In this document: positions 9,372 to 19,456 of the stretch, piece by piece
Layout: each line of letters opens with the position of its first letter
How positions within the stretch are numbered: the stretch's first letter is position 1
Assembly: GCA_963806535.1 (NCBI GenBank)
Contig: CAWDYC010000007.1
Span: 64,001-128,000, forward strand
Direction: 5' to 3'
From: Candidatus Bathyarchaeota archaeon
Lineage (GTDB): Archaea; Thermoproteota; Bathyarchaeia; Bathyarchaeales; Bathycorpusculaceae
DNA length: 64,000 nt
Translations under genes and position numbers: made by a program
The notes under the pieces: generated by a model
Databases searched by the model: none
The model's input: only the letters and a program-made list of their open reading frames with translations
Told to the model about the DNA's origin: nothing

Positions 9372-11696
9372 CTAACTCCCCGCGATATTGATGTTCTCTT
9401 TAACCTTAAAGATGGCTATTTCACTGTTAATAAATACAAGGCTAAAGTTGGGGTCCTGCAGAAATTTTGGTTGGATTTCAATATTTCTGCAAACAATGTA
9501 AGATACATTGTTGGTTTGCATCGCAGTTCTGTAGTCAAACCATTCCTTAAAATCTACAGTTGCTTGGATTTTAGTGGAATTTAAGTTGGCAGCAATCACA
9601 GGGAGGAAATAGTTGTTTATGCTTTCGCTATTTTTGTAAATATCAGGGTTGTTATCGGCGGAGTAAGCACTTGCTAAAATTTGGATTTGACCGTATGAAA
9701 AGTTTTGGAATTGATATTCTAAATCGATTAAACGTGGATCTGCAACTTTTGTAGTCACATTTGGCTGATTAACGTTGAAAACTAATTGACCAAACGTTTT
9801 CACGCCTACATCTAATAAAGCAATTGTTTTTTTGTCATCGAATGGTATTTGCGTTCCCTTGCTTTGAACATCGATATTATTCCATAGCAAGGAGACGCCC
9901 GGAATAGTGCTTTCTATAGTTGAAGTCAAGTTAACGAAAAGCAATCCCTTGTAAACAGTTGTAAACTGTGTGTAATTAAAGAAATCGTTGCCTCTAGTAA
10001 CAATAATTGTCTTATGGTCATTGAAATTCTCAAAACTCATCCCTTCCACCGCGAGCTGATCCAAATAGACGGATTGAGGGATTCCGTTAATCGTGTACCT
10101 GATTTCGTTTTGACTACTGTCAAAAGTAAAAAATGAAAATGGGAAATAAGTCCAGTTGAGCGTGGCCAAAATTTCAGGATTATGTCTTGCTATATAGCCA
10201 CCATCTTCTCGAACCTGTACTAAATTGTTATCAATTAAGTAATCGGTGTCAAGGAGGTAACTGGCATTCTTTGCATATGGAAGCTCTCTTGCAAGGGTCA
10301 AATATTGAGGGTCAACAGCACTCAATGTTGGCCTCAGGGCAAATCCACCTAACCACCAGCCATAGAGTGCATCAGAAACAAATACGGATCCGGGTTGAGT
10401 ATTTTGTTTGATCCAATTAATCGCTTGGTAACCAGGATTATCCATAACTTGATAGAAACTTTGGTCTGTAGTGCCTTGCCAAGGAGTCATAAAAATTGGA
10501 AAGGAAAAGATGCATATGAGCACTATAACTACTATGAAAGAAGCATAGAGTGTTTTTTGGGTTATATGGCTTAAGACCTTATCTAGTGTTTTGTGTACGT
10601 TTTTTGTTGTTTTCTGAAGTTGACTCGTTAAAATATGGTAATTATTTATAATATGTGCTAAGAAAAAGGAACCTCGTTCCATGAACATGCCAATAAGTAG
10701 CATAACTGGTAAAACAAGGAAGTAAAGAAACCTATTGTAATCTACAATGAGCCCAAACAGGAATCCTTGAGTAAGCACAGTGGGAACAAGTAACCACATG
10801 AAAAGCAGTAACGCTGGAAGGGAAAGAAATCGACCTCTATATTCTTTTGACAAGAAGAAGAACAAGAACGTACAGGCGAAAAGCGGCAATATTAAGGTGA
10901 GAGGAAGCAGTCTTGTGGAAAGAATTGCTGAGTTAATTGCAGAGATATCAATGAACGAAGAGTTAGAACTCAAATAGGCTGGAACAGCGTTTACCAAAAA
11001 AGGCGAAACGAGAACAGCCCCAAGAACAAGCGGAAGTAGCCAATAGAATATATGTTTTCTTGAAGTGCCAAACGTTTTTGGAGAAATCATAGTCACTAAT
11101 ACTGTTGCAGCCGTTATGGCTACGAATACGGCCGCACTCAACGAGTGTGTGAGGTAAATTGAACCTACTAAAATAGAGGTTGAGACAAGAAAGGGTGTTA
11201 GCGTAAACCTATCTTTTTGCAAGTACAAGTAGAAAGCTACTGGAATTAAGAGCAGAGTAATTATGTTAGGGTAGCCTCCCCAAAGAAGTATTTCCATGTC
11301 GGGTCTAGAGATTGCAACTATGAAAGCTACTATAAAGGCACCCGATTCTGTCCAGCAGCTTTTTGTTATTAAGAAAGCGCCGAGAACGAGGAGGGAGGAA
11401 AACAAAGCTACAATAACAGTTTGCGCTATGTAACTAGGCATTCCAGTCATTATTATAATTCCTGCAGCGAAAATGTGGTATCCTGGAAAAGTCAAAGATA
11501 AGCCACCTCCCATCTGGTAATTATTCCATAAAAAATTAGTATTACCCGATTGAGTTATTGAATTAATGACGCTGTTATGTAAGCCTATGTCTGCGCCTGG
11601 TGGATAAGAAGTCCACAGCATTATAATCATTCGGTAGGCGAAGGCAAAAGCAAAAATCATAAGTAGTAAGATATGTTTTCTGGTCGCTTTGAACAT
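9372..11696 (-). CDS. Large multi-TM membrane protein, GT-C glycosyltransferase-like
   Basis: GADIGLH loop after TM1, many TM helices, soluble C-terminal domain (AINWIKQNT...YGWW). Confidence 0.7.
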   Translation of the reverse strand: MFKATRKHILLLMIFAFAFAYRMIIMLWTSYPPGADIGLHNSVINSITQSGNTNFLWNNYQMGGGLSLTFPGYHIFAAGIIIMTGMPSYIAQTVIVALFSSLLVLGAFLITKSCWTESGAFIVAFIVAISRPDMEILLWGGYPNIITLLLIPVAFYLYLQKDRFTLTPFLVSTSILVGSIYLTHSLSAAVFVAITAATVLVTMISPKTFGTSRKHIFYWLLPLVLGAVLVSPFLVNAVPAYLSSNSSFIDISAINSAILSTRLLPLTLILPLFACTFLFFFLSKEYRGRFLSLPALLLFMWLLVPTVLTQGFLFGLIVDYNRFLYFLVLPVMLLIGMFMERGSFFLAHIINNYHILTSQLQKTTKNVHKTLDKVLSHITQKTLYASFIVVIVLICIFSFPIFMTPWQGTTDQSFYQVMDNPGYQAINWIKQNTQPGSVFVSDALYGWWLGGFALRPTLSAVDPQYLTLARELPYAKNASYLLDTDYLIDNNLVQVREDGGYIARHNPEILATLNWTYFPFSFFTFDSSQNEIRYTINGIPQSVYLDQLAVEGMSFENFNDHKTIIVTRGNDFFNYTQFTTVYKGLLFVNLTSTIESTIPGVSLLWNNIDVQSKGTQIPFDDKKTIALLDVGVKTFGQLVFNVNQPNVTTKVADPRLIDLEYQFQNFSYGQIQILASAYSADNNPDIYKNSESINNYFLPVIAANLNSTKIQATVDFKEWFDYRTAMQTNNVSYIVCRNIEIQPKFLQDPNFSLVFINSEIAIFKVKENINIAGS

Positions 11697-11818
11697 TTGC
11701 TCCCCCGCCTTTCTCTTATTTTATGGTTTTAGGATTGATGAAATGTTGGTCAAACTTTAAATATGAAATTCGAGTATAAAAAGCCCAGAGTAACTAAAAA
11801 GGAAAACAAGGTGTTTAA

Positions 11819-12247
11819 ATGTCATGGCTTAAATCTATGATGGAAAAAGAGCCCCCAGAACCAGAAAATCCACTCGGCATCGTCGTAATCGGAAACATTG
11901 AACCCGACATGCATGACACAGCAAAAGAAGCAGTAAGAAGATCACTGAAACGCGCAGGTTTCAAGACAATTGACGTTGGAAAAAGCGTTGCTCCGCAAGT
12001 ATTTGTTGACAAAGCAAAAGAAAACAATGCAAATATTATCGCAATATCAGTTAACACAGTACCCGCAAAAAATAACCTTGCAAAACTCGACGAATTATTA
12101 AAAGCAGCTGGATTAAAAGGTAAAATAGCAATAATCATGGGTGGCGCTGCAGTCAAGAAAGAAGATGCTGACGCGATGGGCGCACTCTTTGGCAAAAACA
12201 AGGAAGAAGCTCCCGAGTTAGCAAAGAAAGCTCTTGGCAAGAAATAA
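11819..12247 (+). CDS. Cobalamin (B12)-binding corrinoid protein, single domain
   Basis: DMHDTAK (DxHxxG variant), IIAIS, MGGAAV; co-transcribed with mtrH. Confidence 0.85.
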   Translation: MSWLKSMMEKEPPEPENPLGIVVIGNIEPDMHDTAKEAVRRSLKRAGFKTIDVGKSVAPQVFVDKAKENNANIIAISVNTVPAKNNLAKLDELLKAAGLKGKIAIIMGGAAVKKEDADAMGALFGKNKEEAPELAKKALGKK

Positions 12248-12265
12248 TCCATCAGATGAGGAAAA

Positions 12266-13177
12266 ATGTCCTTTAAATTCAATACAAACCAAAATATCTA
12301 CACCATTGGAAGAGCGAAAGTCGGTGGTCAGCCAGGGGAATTACCAACCTTTTTGATTGGTTCCATCTTTTGGCTAGGTCAGAAAATGGTTACAGATGCT
12401 AACAAAGGTATCTTCGATGCCAAAGTTGCAGAACAAATAATCAATACGATGCAAACTCAAAGTGACATTACCGGTGTACAATTTGCTTTTGACATAGTTG
12501 GAACGACTGAATTAGCTTTTGAGAAATACATTGATTTCGTCTCAAAACACAGTGACGCACCATTGATGCTTGACGCAATGAGCCCAAAGACCCGTATGGC
12601 AGCAGCCGACATGGCAAAAAAGATGGGTCTTGCGGACAGGTGCCTCTACAACTCAGTTTACAAAGGCGTTACTGACGTAGAACTTGCAAAGCTCAAAGAA
12701 AGCGGAATTAAAATGTCAATAGTGCTTGCTGACGATCCGAAAGATACAACTCTCGAAGGCAAAATGAAAGTTATCCAAGAAGCATTAGCTTTAGCTGATA
12801 AAGCCGGAATCACAAAACCGCTAATTGACACAGCTATTCCCGCGTTTGCTCCAGACATGGGAACTGCAGTAAGAACCATACCAATCATGAAAGAAAAGTA
12901 TGGTCACCCAGTCGGCTTAGGCAGCGGAAACGTTGTAACAACAATGGGTTGGGTCAAAGCAAACGTTGCTAAAGAATTCCGCCCAGGATGCAGAACAGCA
13001 ACCAACGCAATAATGCAGGTAGCAGGCGCAAACTGGCTAATGATCGGTCCAGCAGAACAGGCAGAATGGATATTCCCAGCAGTCGCAGTAACAGACTCAT
13101 ACATTGCATCAGCAGCAGGCGACCTCGGCACAAGACCAGTTGAGGAATCACACCCGATATACAAGATGTTCATGTAA
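12266..13177 (+). CDS. mtrH: Tetrahydromethanopterin S-methyltransferase subunit H family (MtrH/MtgA-like)
   Basis: KVGGQPGELPTFLIGSIF N-terminal signature, PLIDTA, GANWLMIGP. Confidence 0.9.
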   Translation: MSFKFNTNQNIYTIGRAKVGGQPGELPTFLIGSIFWLGQKMVTDANKGIFDAKVAEQIINTMQTQSDITGVQFAFDIVGTTELAFEKYIDFVSKHSDAPLMLDAMSPKTRMAAADMAKKMGLADRCLYNSVYKGVTDVELAKLKESGIKMSIVLADDPKDTTLEGKMKVIQEALALADKAGITKPLIDTAIPAFAPDMGTAVRTIPIMKEKYGHPVGLGSGNVVTTMGWVKANVAKEFRPGCRTATNAIMQVAGANWLMIGPAEQAEWIFPAVAVTDSYIASAAGDLGTRPVEESHPIYKMFM

Positions 13178-13278
13178 AACTTTCCTTTTCTTTTTTATTA
13201 TTTAATTTTTGTGAAGGTTAAAAACTGAAACCTCTCCTATGGCTCGAAATAATTGTTATTTTCACAGTTCTAACATTA

Positions 13279-13605
13279 TTGTCGGCCATTCTAATACCGG
13301 GTAATTCAGTTCTTGTTGCTTTCCGATATTTTTTCAGCTTCATTTTTATCGCTTTTTTGCCTGGTTACTGCCTAGTAAACGTGCTTTTTCTCGGCAAGAA
13401 TAGGCTTGATTTTGTTGAAGAAATAGTTTTGTCAGTTGCCTTAAGCTTTGGTTTAACTGGATTAGATGGTTTATTTTTGGGATTATCGCCCATCGGCATT
13501 AATTTTACGTCAATAACAATTTCTCTCAGCGCCATTGTGTTGGTTCTTGCGTCAGTAGCTCTAATTAGAAAAAAACAAGTTGCAAAGATTAAGCAGGAAG
13601 TTTAG
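13279..13605 (+). CDS. DUF1616-like small membrane protein
   Basis: FLPGY...EEIVLSVALSFG motif; frame open to a possible CTG start at 13225. Confidence 0.7.
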   Translation: MSAILIPGNSVLVAFRYFFSFIFIAFLPGYCLVNVLFLGKNRLDFVEEIVLSVALSFGLTGLDGLFLGLSPIGINFTSITISLSAIVLVLASVALIRKKQVAKIKQEV

Positions 13606-13763
13606 AGACAACTTATAGAATCCTCGTTTCAGCGTCACAACTTTTTGTCGTCTTTCGATCATAAATGAAGCATATTTTTCAGGAAAAATCAAGTTCCAAC
13701 TTGTTAACTAAAAAATGAATAGAATAGTAGATAAAAGAAATTAATGATAAATGAAAAATTATG

Positions 13764-14669
13764 CTAAGCTTTTAGCATCTTTTCCCATCTGTCGAAAAGT
13801 TCCAGTACTTCGTCGCCGTTGTGGCCTTTCAGGAACTCTCGTGTTTCTTTGTCTGCAACTGCATTCTTTTGGAACTCCCGTATGTAGTCGGCTTTTTCTG
13901 CAAGGAATATTATGCCGTCGACGCCTTGTCTCGCAACGCGAGTGGCTACTGTCATTATTTGTTTTGTGGGTGCAACTGTATCCCATGTTTCGTTTGGACC
14001 CCGTACGTAGAAGTTTACGAATACAGGCTTTTTGAGGAAGCTTTTGTATCCTCTTGCAATGGTTTCCCAGTACCAGGGGGTTGGGTAAGCCTTGCTAAAC
14101 ATTGGGATCACGAAGTAGTCAGTGTATTGTGCCATGGCTTCAAAGTCGTAACCGAAACGTTCCTTGCCTAACAAAGGATCAGGAAGACAGTTGACGAAAA
14201 GAGGTTTGCCTGAGACTACTTCTTTAACTTCTGCTAGGAAGTCAGTTACTGTTTTTGCACGCCATGCGATCCAGCTTAAGCCGCTTTTGCTTTGTTGCTC
14301 TATGCATCTGGGGCAGGTGCAGAAGCCTTGGTCTGCGAAGTGTTGGCTGCTGATGCTTATGCCAGGGGTGGCTTTAGCGGATTCAGCGATGATTTTTAGG
14401 TTGTATTCTCTGGCTTCTGGATTTGTCATGCAGACGACATCCCAGCGGAGATTGTAGCGTTTGTTAGTGCGGAGTGCTGGGCCGAACGAGCTTGTGGAGA
14501 CCCAATCGGGGCGTTTTGCCGCCATGAAATTGTCGCCGAAGCATGCGATGTTAGTGTACATTTTTGGGTTGGGTTTTCCAACGATTCCTGATTCAGATTT
14601 TAAACGATAAAAGTTGTAATCAACGCCTTCAACAGGCTCTGGTTGATAGAGAAATACGCCGAATTTCAA
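13764..14669 (-). CDS. Conserved hypothetical TIM-barrel-like (GH-like) protein with FCxCPRC motif
   Basis: CFGD, VCMTNP, FCTCPRC, WRAKTVTDFL, PDP..KERFG; clear paralog at 16538-17422. Confidence 0.75.
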   Translation of the reverse strand: MKFGVFLYQPEPVEGVDYNFYRLKSESGIVGKPNPKMYTNIACFGDNFMAAKRPDWVSTSSFGPALRTNKRYNLRWDVVCMTNPEAREYNLKIIAESAKATPGISISSQHFADQGFCTCPRCIEQQSKSGLSWIAWRAKTVTDFLAEVKEVVSGKPLFVNCLPDPLLGKERFGYDFEAMAQYTDYFVIPMFSKAYPTPWYWETIARGYKSFLKKPVFVNFYVRGPNETWDTVAPTKQIMTVATRVARQGVDGIIFLAEKADYIREFQKNAVADKETREFLKGHNGDEVLELFDRWEKMLKA

Positions 14670-14980
14670 GTTTGATTCACCATTTATCTCTTGTTTTTAT
14701 AACCGAATAAAAGTGCAAGTTATTTAAGTCTTTTTGGAGAACTTACACTGCAGGATAAATGTAGAAAGTTGAACTGATCGATTTTCGATGTTAAAACATT
14801 GGTTTAAATTTGAAAAAACAGACTCTACTTCCATTCGCATCTATTCAAAAGCGGAAGAAGTGTGCTCCCCCGAGGTTTCTTCTTCTTTCTGAATTTTTAG
14901 AAGAAGTAGTTTTGATTGTTTGGGACGATGAAAACAGGTGATTTGTTTTCGGAAAAATGCAAGACTTAAGTTGCGAAAAT

Positions 14981-15128
14981 ACTTTTCTGTTCTTTTTTAT
15001 ACTTTTTTGTACTTTCCCATTCTTTTCTAACCTTTTCTGTACGTGACCTGCAAATATAGCAAGCCCCAAATCAAAAAAGCAACTCAAAACACAAAGAAAA
15101 AAATTGCACTAAAAAATCCGTCAATAAC
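14981..15128 (-). repeat. Dispersed non-coding element, copy A: 83-bp conserved head plus about six 10-bp A-tract units
   Basis: Reverse complement of 15046-15128 aligns with 21876-21957 (GTTATTGACGG...CTTTGTGTTTT.AGTTGCTTTT.TGA...TTTGCAGGT). Confidence 0.8.
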
Positions 15129-15196
15129 AAATACCTAACGCCAATAGCAAATCATTAGAGAGCGGAGAAAGCAAACCATCAGCTCATTCAAGCACG

Positions 15197-16249
15197 TTAA
15201 CGCTTGGAAAGAGATTCACTCACAATTCTGATTAAAACATGTTTTAGGTATGGCGGCAAATCAACCAAATTATATCCCTTCAGCTTTGAGCAGTCCAATT
15301 GAGCTATGGAAATACTTCCAAAACATTTGCTTGAGTCAGCTACCTCCCCAAGGTCGGGAGGCAACAGGTTCTTTTTGATGTCGTCATCCAGTTTTGCTGC
15401 TGTCAGCACATAAGGTAGAGCAAGCTGGTTATTTTTCAAAATTTCCGCTAAACCCTTTGCATCAACAGATAACCCCTCAATTTTTGACACCTCGGCGGCT
15501 AGTTTCTCGAGCGGCAGATGCCTCTCTCTGAGCCTATCTACAACTGTTCGACAAGCCCAAAATGGCTCTTGCTTGATTAAGGCTTCAGTAACCGCTTTTC
15601 TTGTGCAGGATCCGACAAGCTTTCCCAATTTTGATGCGGGTCCTCCGTAGCTGATTGTTTTACCTTTGTTTGTTGAAGCTATTGCTATGCTGTCGGTTAT
15701 TGATCCTGTGGCTGAGTCTCCAGTGTAGAGGCTTCTTACGTCAAGGTCTCTTAATGCTGCTGATTTTGCTTCAGTTGCGGTGATTACAGATGCTACCATG
15801 CAGCTTTCGGTAGGGTTTCCATCAATTAACACGATAACGTTAATGGTTCCGTGGATTTCTTGAACATCCATTTCTTCACCTGAGGATTCACCATGCTTGC
15901 AGCCTGCAGTTGCAACAACGCAGACTGAAAAATCATCAGTCCTTTTTATTACTAAACTGTAATTTTTAATTTTGGCAGCAGTAACCATTGCAAGATAGTC
16001 TTTCGAAAATCCTAGTTTTGCCGCCGATGAGGTGATTAGTTCAAGCGGGTCAAGGTGCAAGGAAAGGTCATTGTACCCTTCCGGCACGCCTACATTGAGG
16101 ACAGCTTTAATCTGTTTGTGCCCGCCATTATAAAACGCTGAACTTACAGTCATTAAAGCGTTATCACAAAATACGGCTAGCACGTTATCTTTTACGAAAA
16201 GTTTGGCGCCGCCAGCAAGGTTAAACTCTTCCACAGGCAAGTCACCCAC
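15197..16249 (-). CDS. cbiZ: Adenosylcobinamide amidohydrolase
   Basis: SSAFYNGG, MVTAA, VATAG, GTINV, TATEAK, ATGSITD motifs. Confidence 0.85.
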   Translation of the reverse strand: MGDLPVEEFNLAGGAKLFVKDNVLAVFCDNALMTVSSAFYNGGHKQIKAVLNVGVPEGYNDLSLHLDPLELITSSAAKLGFSKDYLAMVTAAKIKNYSLVIKRTDDFSVCVVATAGCKHGESSGEEMDVQEIHGTINVIVLIDGNPTESCMVASVITATEAKSAALRDLDVRSLYTGDSATGSITDSIAIASTNKGKTISYGGPASKLGKLVGSCTRKAVTEALIKQEPFWACRTVVDRLRERHLPLEKLAAEVSKIEGLSVDAKGLAEILKNNQLALPYVLTAAKLDDDIKKNLLPPDLGEVADSSKCFGSISIAQLDCSKLKGYNLVDLPPYLKHVLIRIVSESLSKR

Positions 16250-16257
16250 ACAAAAAA

Positions 16258-16479
16258 CTATTTTTTTGGTTGGTCTGAATTAACTGTAATCGCTTTGGTC
16301 GGGCATAAGTTTACGCATATGCCACACTTTGTACATTGCACGACATCGACAACTTGAGGTTTCCTATTTTTTCCCTCTTCCAGTGCGCCTTGTGGACAAA
16401 CACCAATACAAATCTGTCCTGTGCATGGAGAACATTTGGCGATGTCAATGAGAATAGCGGATTTCTGCTGCTTGCCCAT
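16258..16479 (-). CDS. 4Fe-4S ferredoxin
   Basis: CSPCTGQICIGVCP and CTKCGICVNLCP. Confidence 0.85.
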   Translation of the reverse strand: MGKQQKSAILIDIAKCSPCTGQICIGVCPQGALEEGKNRKPQVVDVVQCTKCGICVNLCPTKAITVNSDQPKK

Positions 16480-16537
16480 GAGAATCAACAATTAAATAAG
16501 CGCCAAGAATATATTGTTTGCGCGATGTGTCTTAACC

Positions 16538-17422
16538 ATGAAAATAGGCTTAGTCACCTACACCCCACAAAAAGTCGAAGGCTTTGACCCTCACGTTTAC
16601 TACTCCAAATGGGCAGACGGCCAAGCATTTCCAGCAGCCAAAGATATGCAAAACGACGTAACCGTATTCTGCGACGCAAAAGCAATACGAGAAGACCCAA
16701 ACATGGTTGCCCTCTCCAAAAATGGACCAGCTATTCGAAAGAACAGAAGAAACAATCTTGCTTTCGATTTCATTTGCCCCACGCATCCAAACTACCGAAC
16801 TAAAGTCTTTAACTATCTTGACAGCCTCAACAAAGAAAAAATCACGGGCGTAACACTGAACCTTTATCATTTTCCTGACCAAGAATTTTGTATATGCCCA
16901 AGATGCACCCAATTGTGGAAACAAAGCGGCTTGAACTGGACAGATTGGAGAGCCAAAACAGTAACAGAATTCCTAAAAGAAGCCAAAACACACACCAAAG
17001 GCACTTTTGCCGTTGAAATTTACCCTGACCCAGTACTATCCAAAGAAAGATTTGGTTTAGACCTAACTGCGATTTCTGAATTGGTTGATTACTTCCATGT
17101 ACCGCTTTCGTCAAGAGATTACTTGACAAATTACTGGGTTGATATGTTAACAAGAGATTTCGTTGCTTTGTTGAAGAAGCCTATTGTTGTTGAGTTAAGT
17201 GCTGAAATGCCAACTGAGGAGAAACTGGAGGCATTATTGAAAACAGTGGCATATGTTTCGAGACACAAGTTAGATGCAGTGTTGCTTTTAGTACATGATT
17301 CAGAGAATGCTAGGCAAGTTTGCCGTTTTGCCGTTAAGAACATTGACTTTCGAGAATGGCTTAGGAACTACAATTTTGATGAAATGAGCCTAATTGTTGA
17401 TCAGTGGGCTAAGATTTATTGA
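16538..17422 (+). CDS. Conserved hypothetical TIM-barrel-like protein, paralog of 13764-14669
   Basis: FICPTHP, FCICPRC, WRAKTVTEFL, PDPVLSKERFG. Confidence 0.75.
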   Translation: MKIGLVTYTPQKVEGFDPHVYYSKWADGQAFPAAKDMQNDVTVFCDAKAIREDPNMVALSKNGPAIRKNRRNNLAFDFICPTHPNYRTKVFNYLDSLNKEKITGVTLNLYHFPDQEFCICPRCTQLWKQSGLNWTDWRAKTVTEFLKEAKTHTKGTFAVEIYPDPVLSKERFGLDLTAISELVDYFHVPLSSRDYLTNYWVDMLTRDFVALLKKPIVVELSAEMPTEEKLEALLKTVAYVSRHKLDAVLLLVHDSENARQVCRFAVKNIDFREWLRNYNFDEMSLIVDQWAKIY

Positions 17423-18161
17423 GTTTTTTTCTGTATTCTTTAAGCCGTTGCATATCAATTTCTCGTGTTAGGATAGAGTCTTCAGGCGCGTCGGTTACTT
17501 CTCCAAGTATCCCCCATGGTGCAATAATTGCGCTTCGTCCTCCACGCATACTTGAACATACATTGCCGACTTTTAGCACAACCAATCCGTAATCTCGTGC
17601 GATCTGCTCAGTTAACGGGTGACCATTGACAGTTGGGTGAGTACCCATTGCTGCGACTGGAAGAGAAATTATCTCCGCGCCTAAATTAGCAATTTGTTTA
17701 ACAAGTTCAGGGTCAAACGTATCAGCACATACCAAAAGCCCGATTTTGCCGATTTCTGTGTTAATTACAAGTGGTTGTTTGCCTTTGGCTACCCCAGCTT
17801 TTATCTCAGCTTGGATAGGATTTATTTTTTTGTATTTAGCTAATAAGGAACCATTTCTCCATAGTGTGCTTGTGTTGTAGTATTTTCCGTTGTCTTCTTC
17901 AAGCACTGAACCACCGAGAAGATAGATATCGCCCAGCTCTTTTGAAATTGTTTCAAGAAAATCCAATGTCTTTTTGCATGTTTCTTGCGAGATTTTCCCT
18001 GCGTTGTTAAAGTCGCCCATGCAATTGGGAACTGTAAAGTATTCTGGAAGAGCAATTAGGCTTGGTTTTTCTTTAGCTGCTTTTTGGATTGCTGTTTTGG
18101 CTGCTTCTATGTTACTTTCTAGTGAATCCCGTATTTTCATGTGGAGTACGCATGTTTTCAA
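17409..18161 (-). CDS. Carbon-nitrogen hydrolase (nitrilase/amidase family)
   Basis: Glu-Lys-Cys triad context LPEY / YKKI / LLVCAD; GRSAIIAPWG. Confidence 0.9.
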   Translation of the reverse strand: MKTCVLHMKIRDSLESNIEAAKTAIQKAAKEKPSLIALPEYFTVPNCMGDFNNAGKISQETCKKTLDFLETISKELGDIYLLGGSVLEEDNGKYYNTSTLWRNGSLLAKYKKINPIQAEIKAGVAKGKQPLVINTEIGKIGLLVCADTFDPELVKQIANLGAEIISLPVAAMGTHPTVNGHPLTEQIARDYGLVVLKVGNVCSSMRGGRSAIIAPWGILGEVTDAPEDSILTREIDMQRLKEYRKKLNKS

Positions 18162-18370
18162 TTGTTAATCCTCTTTGATGATTGCGCTGGGTGTCTATTG
18201 ATTTTCGATTTTGCACTTTTAAATGTGCTGTTTTAGATATGCAATAACTCGATTGTTCAGTATTTTGCACACTTTCAACACATCTGTTTACTATTTTTTT
18301 GCTTTTGTTTGCATATGGAGAAACCTTAAATACTGGATGCATGACAAACAATGTATTGCGAGGGAAAGAA

Positions 18371-19354
18371 ATGACGCTAAATCCATCGGAATACACTAAA
18401 CTCTTGCCCCAAGTAAGAACCTTAGTAAATAAAGTTGTCAAGAAAAACATGGCTGATGGCTTCCTGTTTTCAGCTGGAACCGACACCCAAATAATCGCTT
18501 ATGAAGCTGTAAAATACAAACCTGATATCCCATGCCTAACATTAGCTTTCAAACATGGGAAACCAAAAGACACTGAATATGTCAAGAAAATGGTAGAACT
18601 CCTACATCTAAAGCAGGAAACCTATGAGTTCGGCAAAGAAGATGTATTCAAATTTTACCCGAAAGTTGTAGAAGCACTCAAAAAATTTGACCCCATGGAA
18701 ATAAGAAACAGCCTACCAGTTTACATTGGCTTAACTCTTTTAAAACCTAAGGGAATAAAAAGCGTGTTCACAGGCGATGCACTCGACGAACTATTTGGTT
18801 ATCCGTGGCAATTCCACCTAACTGAAGCAGAATTCGCTAAGAAACAAGAAGAAATGTGGGCGGAAATGGGCTTCTCCTCAGTCCCCATGGCAGAATCTCT
18901 AGGAATGACCATCAAGTCACCTTACAGAGACCCCGAATTCATGGAGTGGGCAATGAAACTACCAATCAAATACAAGATAAACATCTATAACGGCGTAAAA
19001 TACAGCAAATGGATACTACGCAAAGCATACGAAGACGTAATACCAAAAGACATCATTTGGAGACCAAAAGCACCACTTGAACAGGGAACGGGAACAGAGA
19101 CTCTCAGAACTTACTTCAACGACCTGGTTACCGACAAAGATTTCGCGGAGAAAAAGAAGACAATAAAGGCAGAAGACGACGTCGAGATTCAAGACAAAGA
19201 ACAATTACTCTACTACGAGCACTTCCGGAAGAAATTCGGCAAACCAAAAGACGTATTCCCAAAAGTTGAAGGCGCTATCCAATGTCCTAAGTGCAAAAGC
19301 TACATAAAAACCAAAATCCAGTTCTGCAAAACCTGCGGAGCCTACCCAATCTAA
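18371..19354 (+). CDS. Asparagine synthase C-terminal (ATP pyrophosphatase) domain protein with C-terminal Zn ribbon
   Basis: FSAGTDT PP-loop variant, TGDALDELFGY, KWILRKAY, WRPKAP; CPKC...CKTC tail; no glutaminase domain. Confidence 0.85.
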   Translation: MTLNPSEYTKLLPQVRTLVNKVVKKNMADGFLFSAGTDTQIIAYEAVKYKPDIPCLTLAFKHGKPKDTEYVKKMVELLHLKQETYEFGKEDVFKFYPKVVEALKKFDPMEIRNSLPVYIGLTLLKPKGIKSVFTGDALDELFGYPWQFHLTEAEFAKKQEEMWAEMGFSSVPMAESLGMTIKSPYRDPEFMEWAMKLPIKYKINIYNGVKYSKWILRKAYEDVIPKDIIWRPKAPLEQGTGTETLRTYFNDLVTDKDFAEKKKTIKAEDDVEIQDKEQLLYYEHFRKKFGKPKDVFPKVEGAIQCPKCKSYIKTKIQFCKTCGAYPI

Positions 19355-19456
19355 TCTTTCTTTTTATTTTTTTAAAATTAAACAAGTTGTAATTTTGGGA
19401 AAGACTTAATTCCTTATTATAATATCTGTTTGAAAAATAGTAAGAGGACTGTATAA

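Noticed and set aside
11815-12282. 155-aa antisense ORF (also 47775-48524, 46577-47179, 57640-58212 and similar)
   Set aside because: Shadow ORFs opposite well-supported genes, with no motifs of their own
14845-15087. 80-aa minus-strand ORF
   Set aside because: It overlies the non-coding repeat element, and the homologous copy has an early stop
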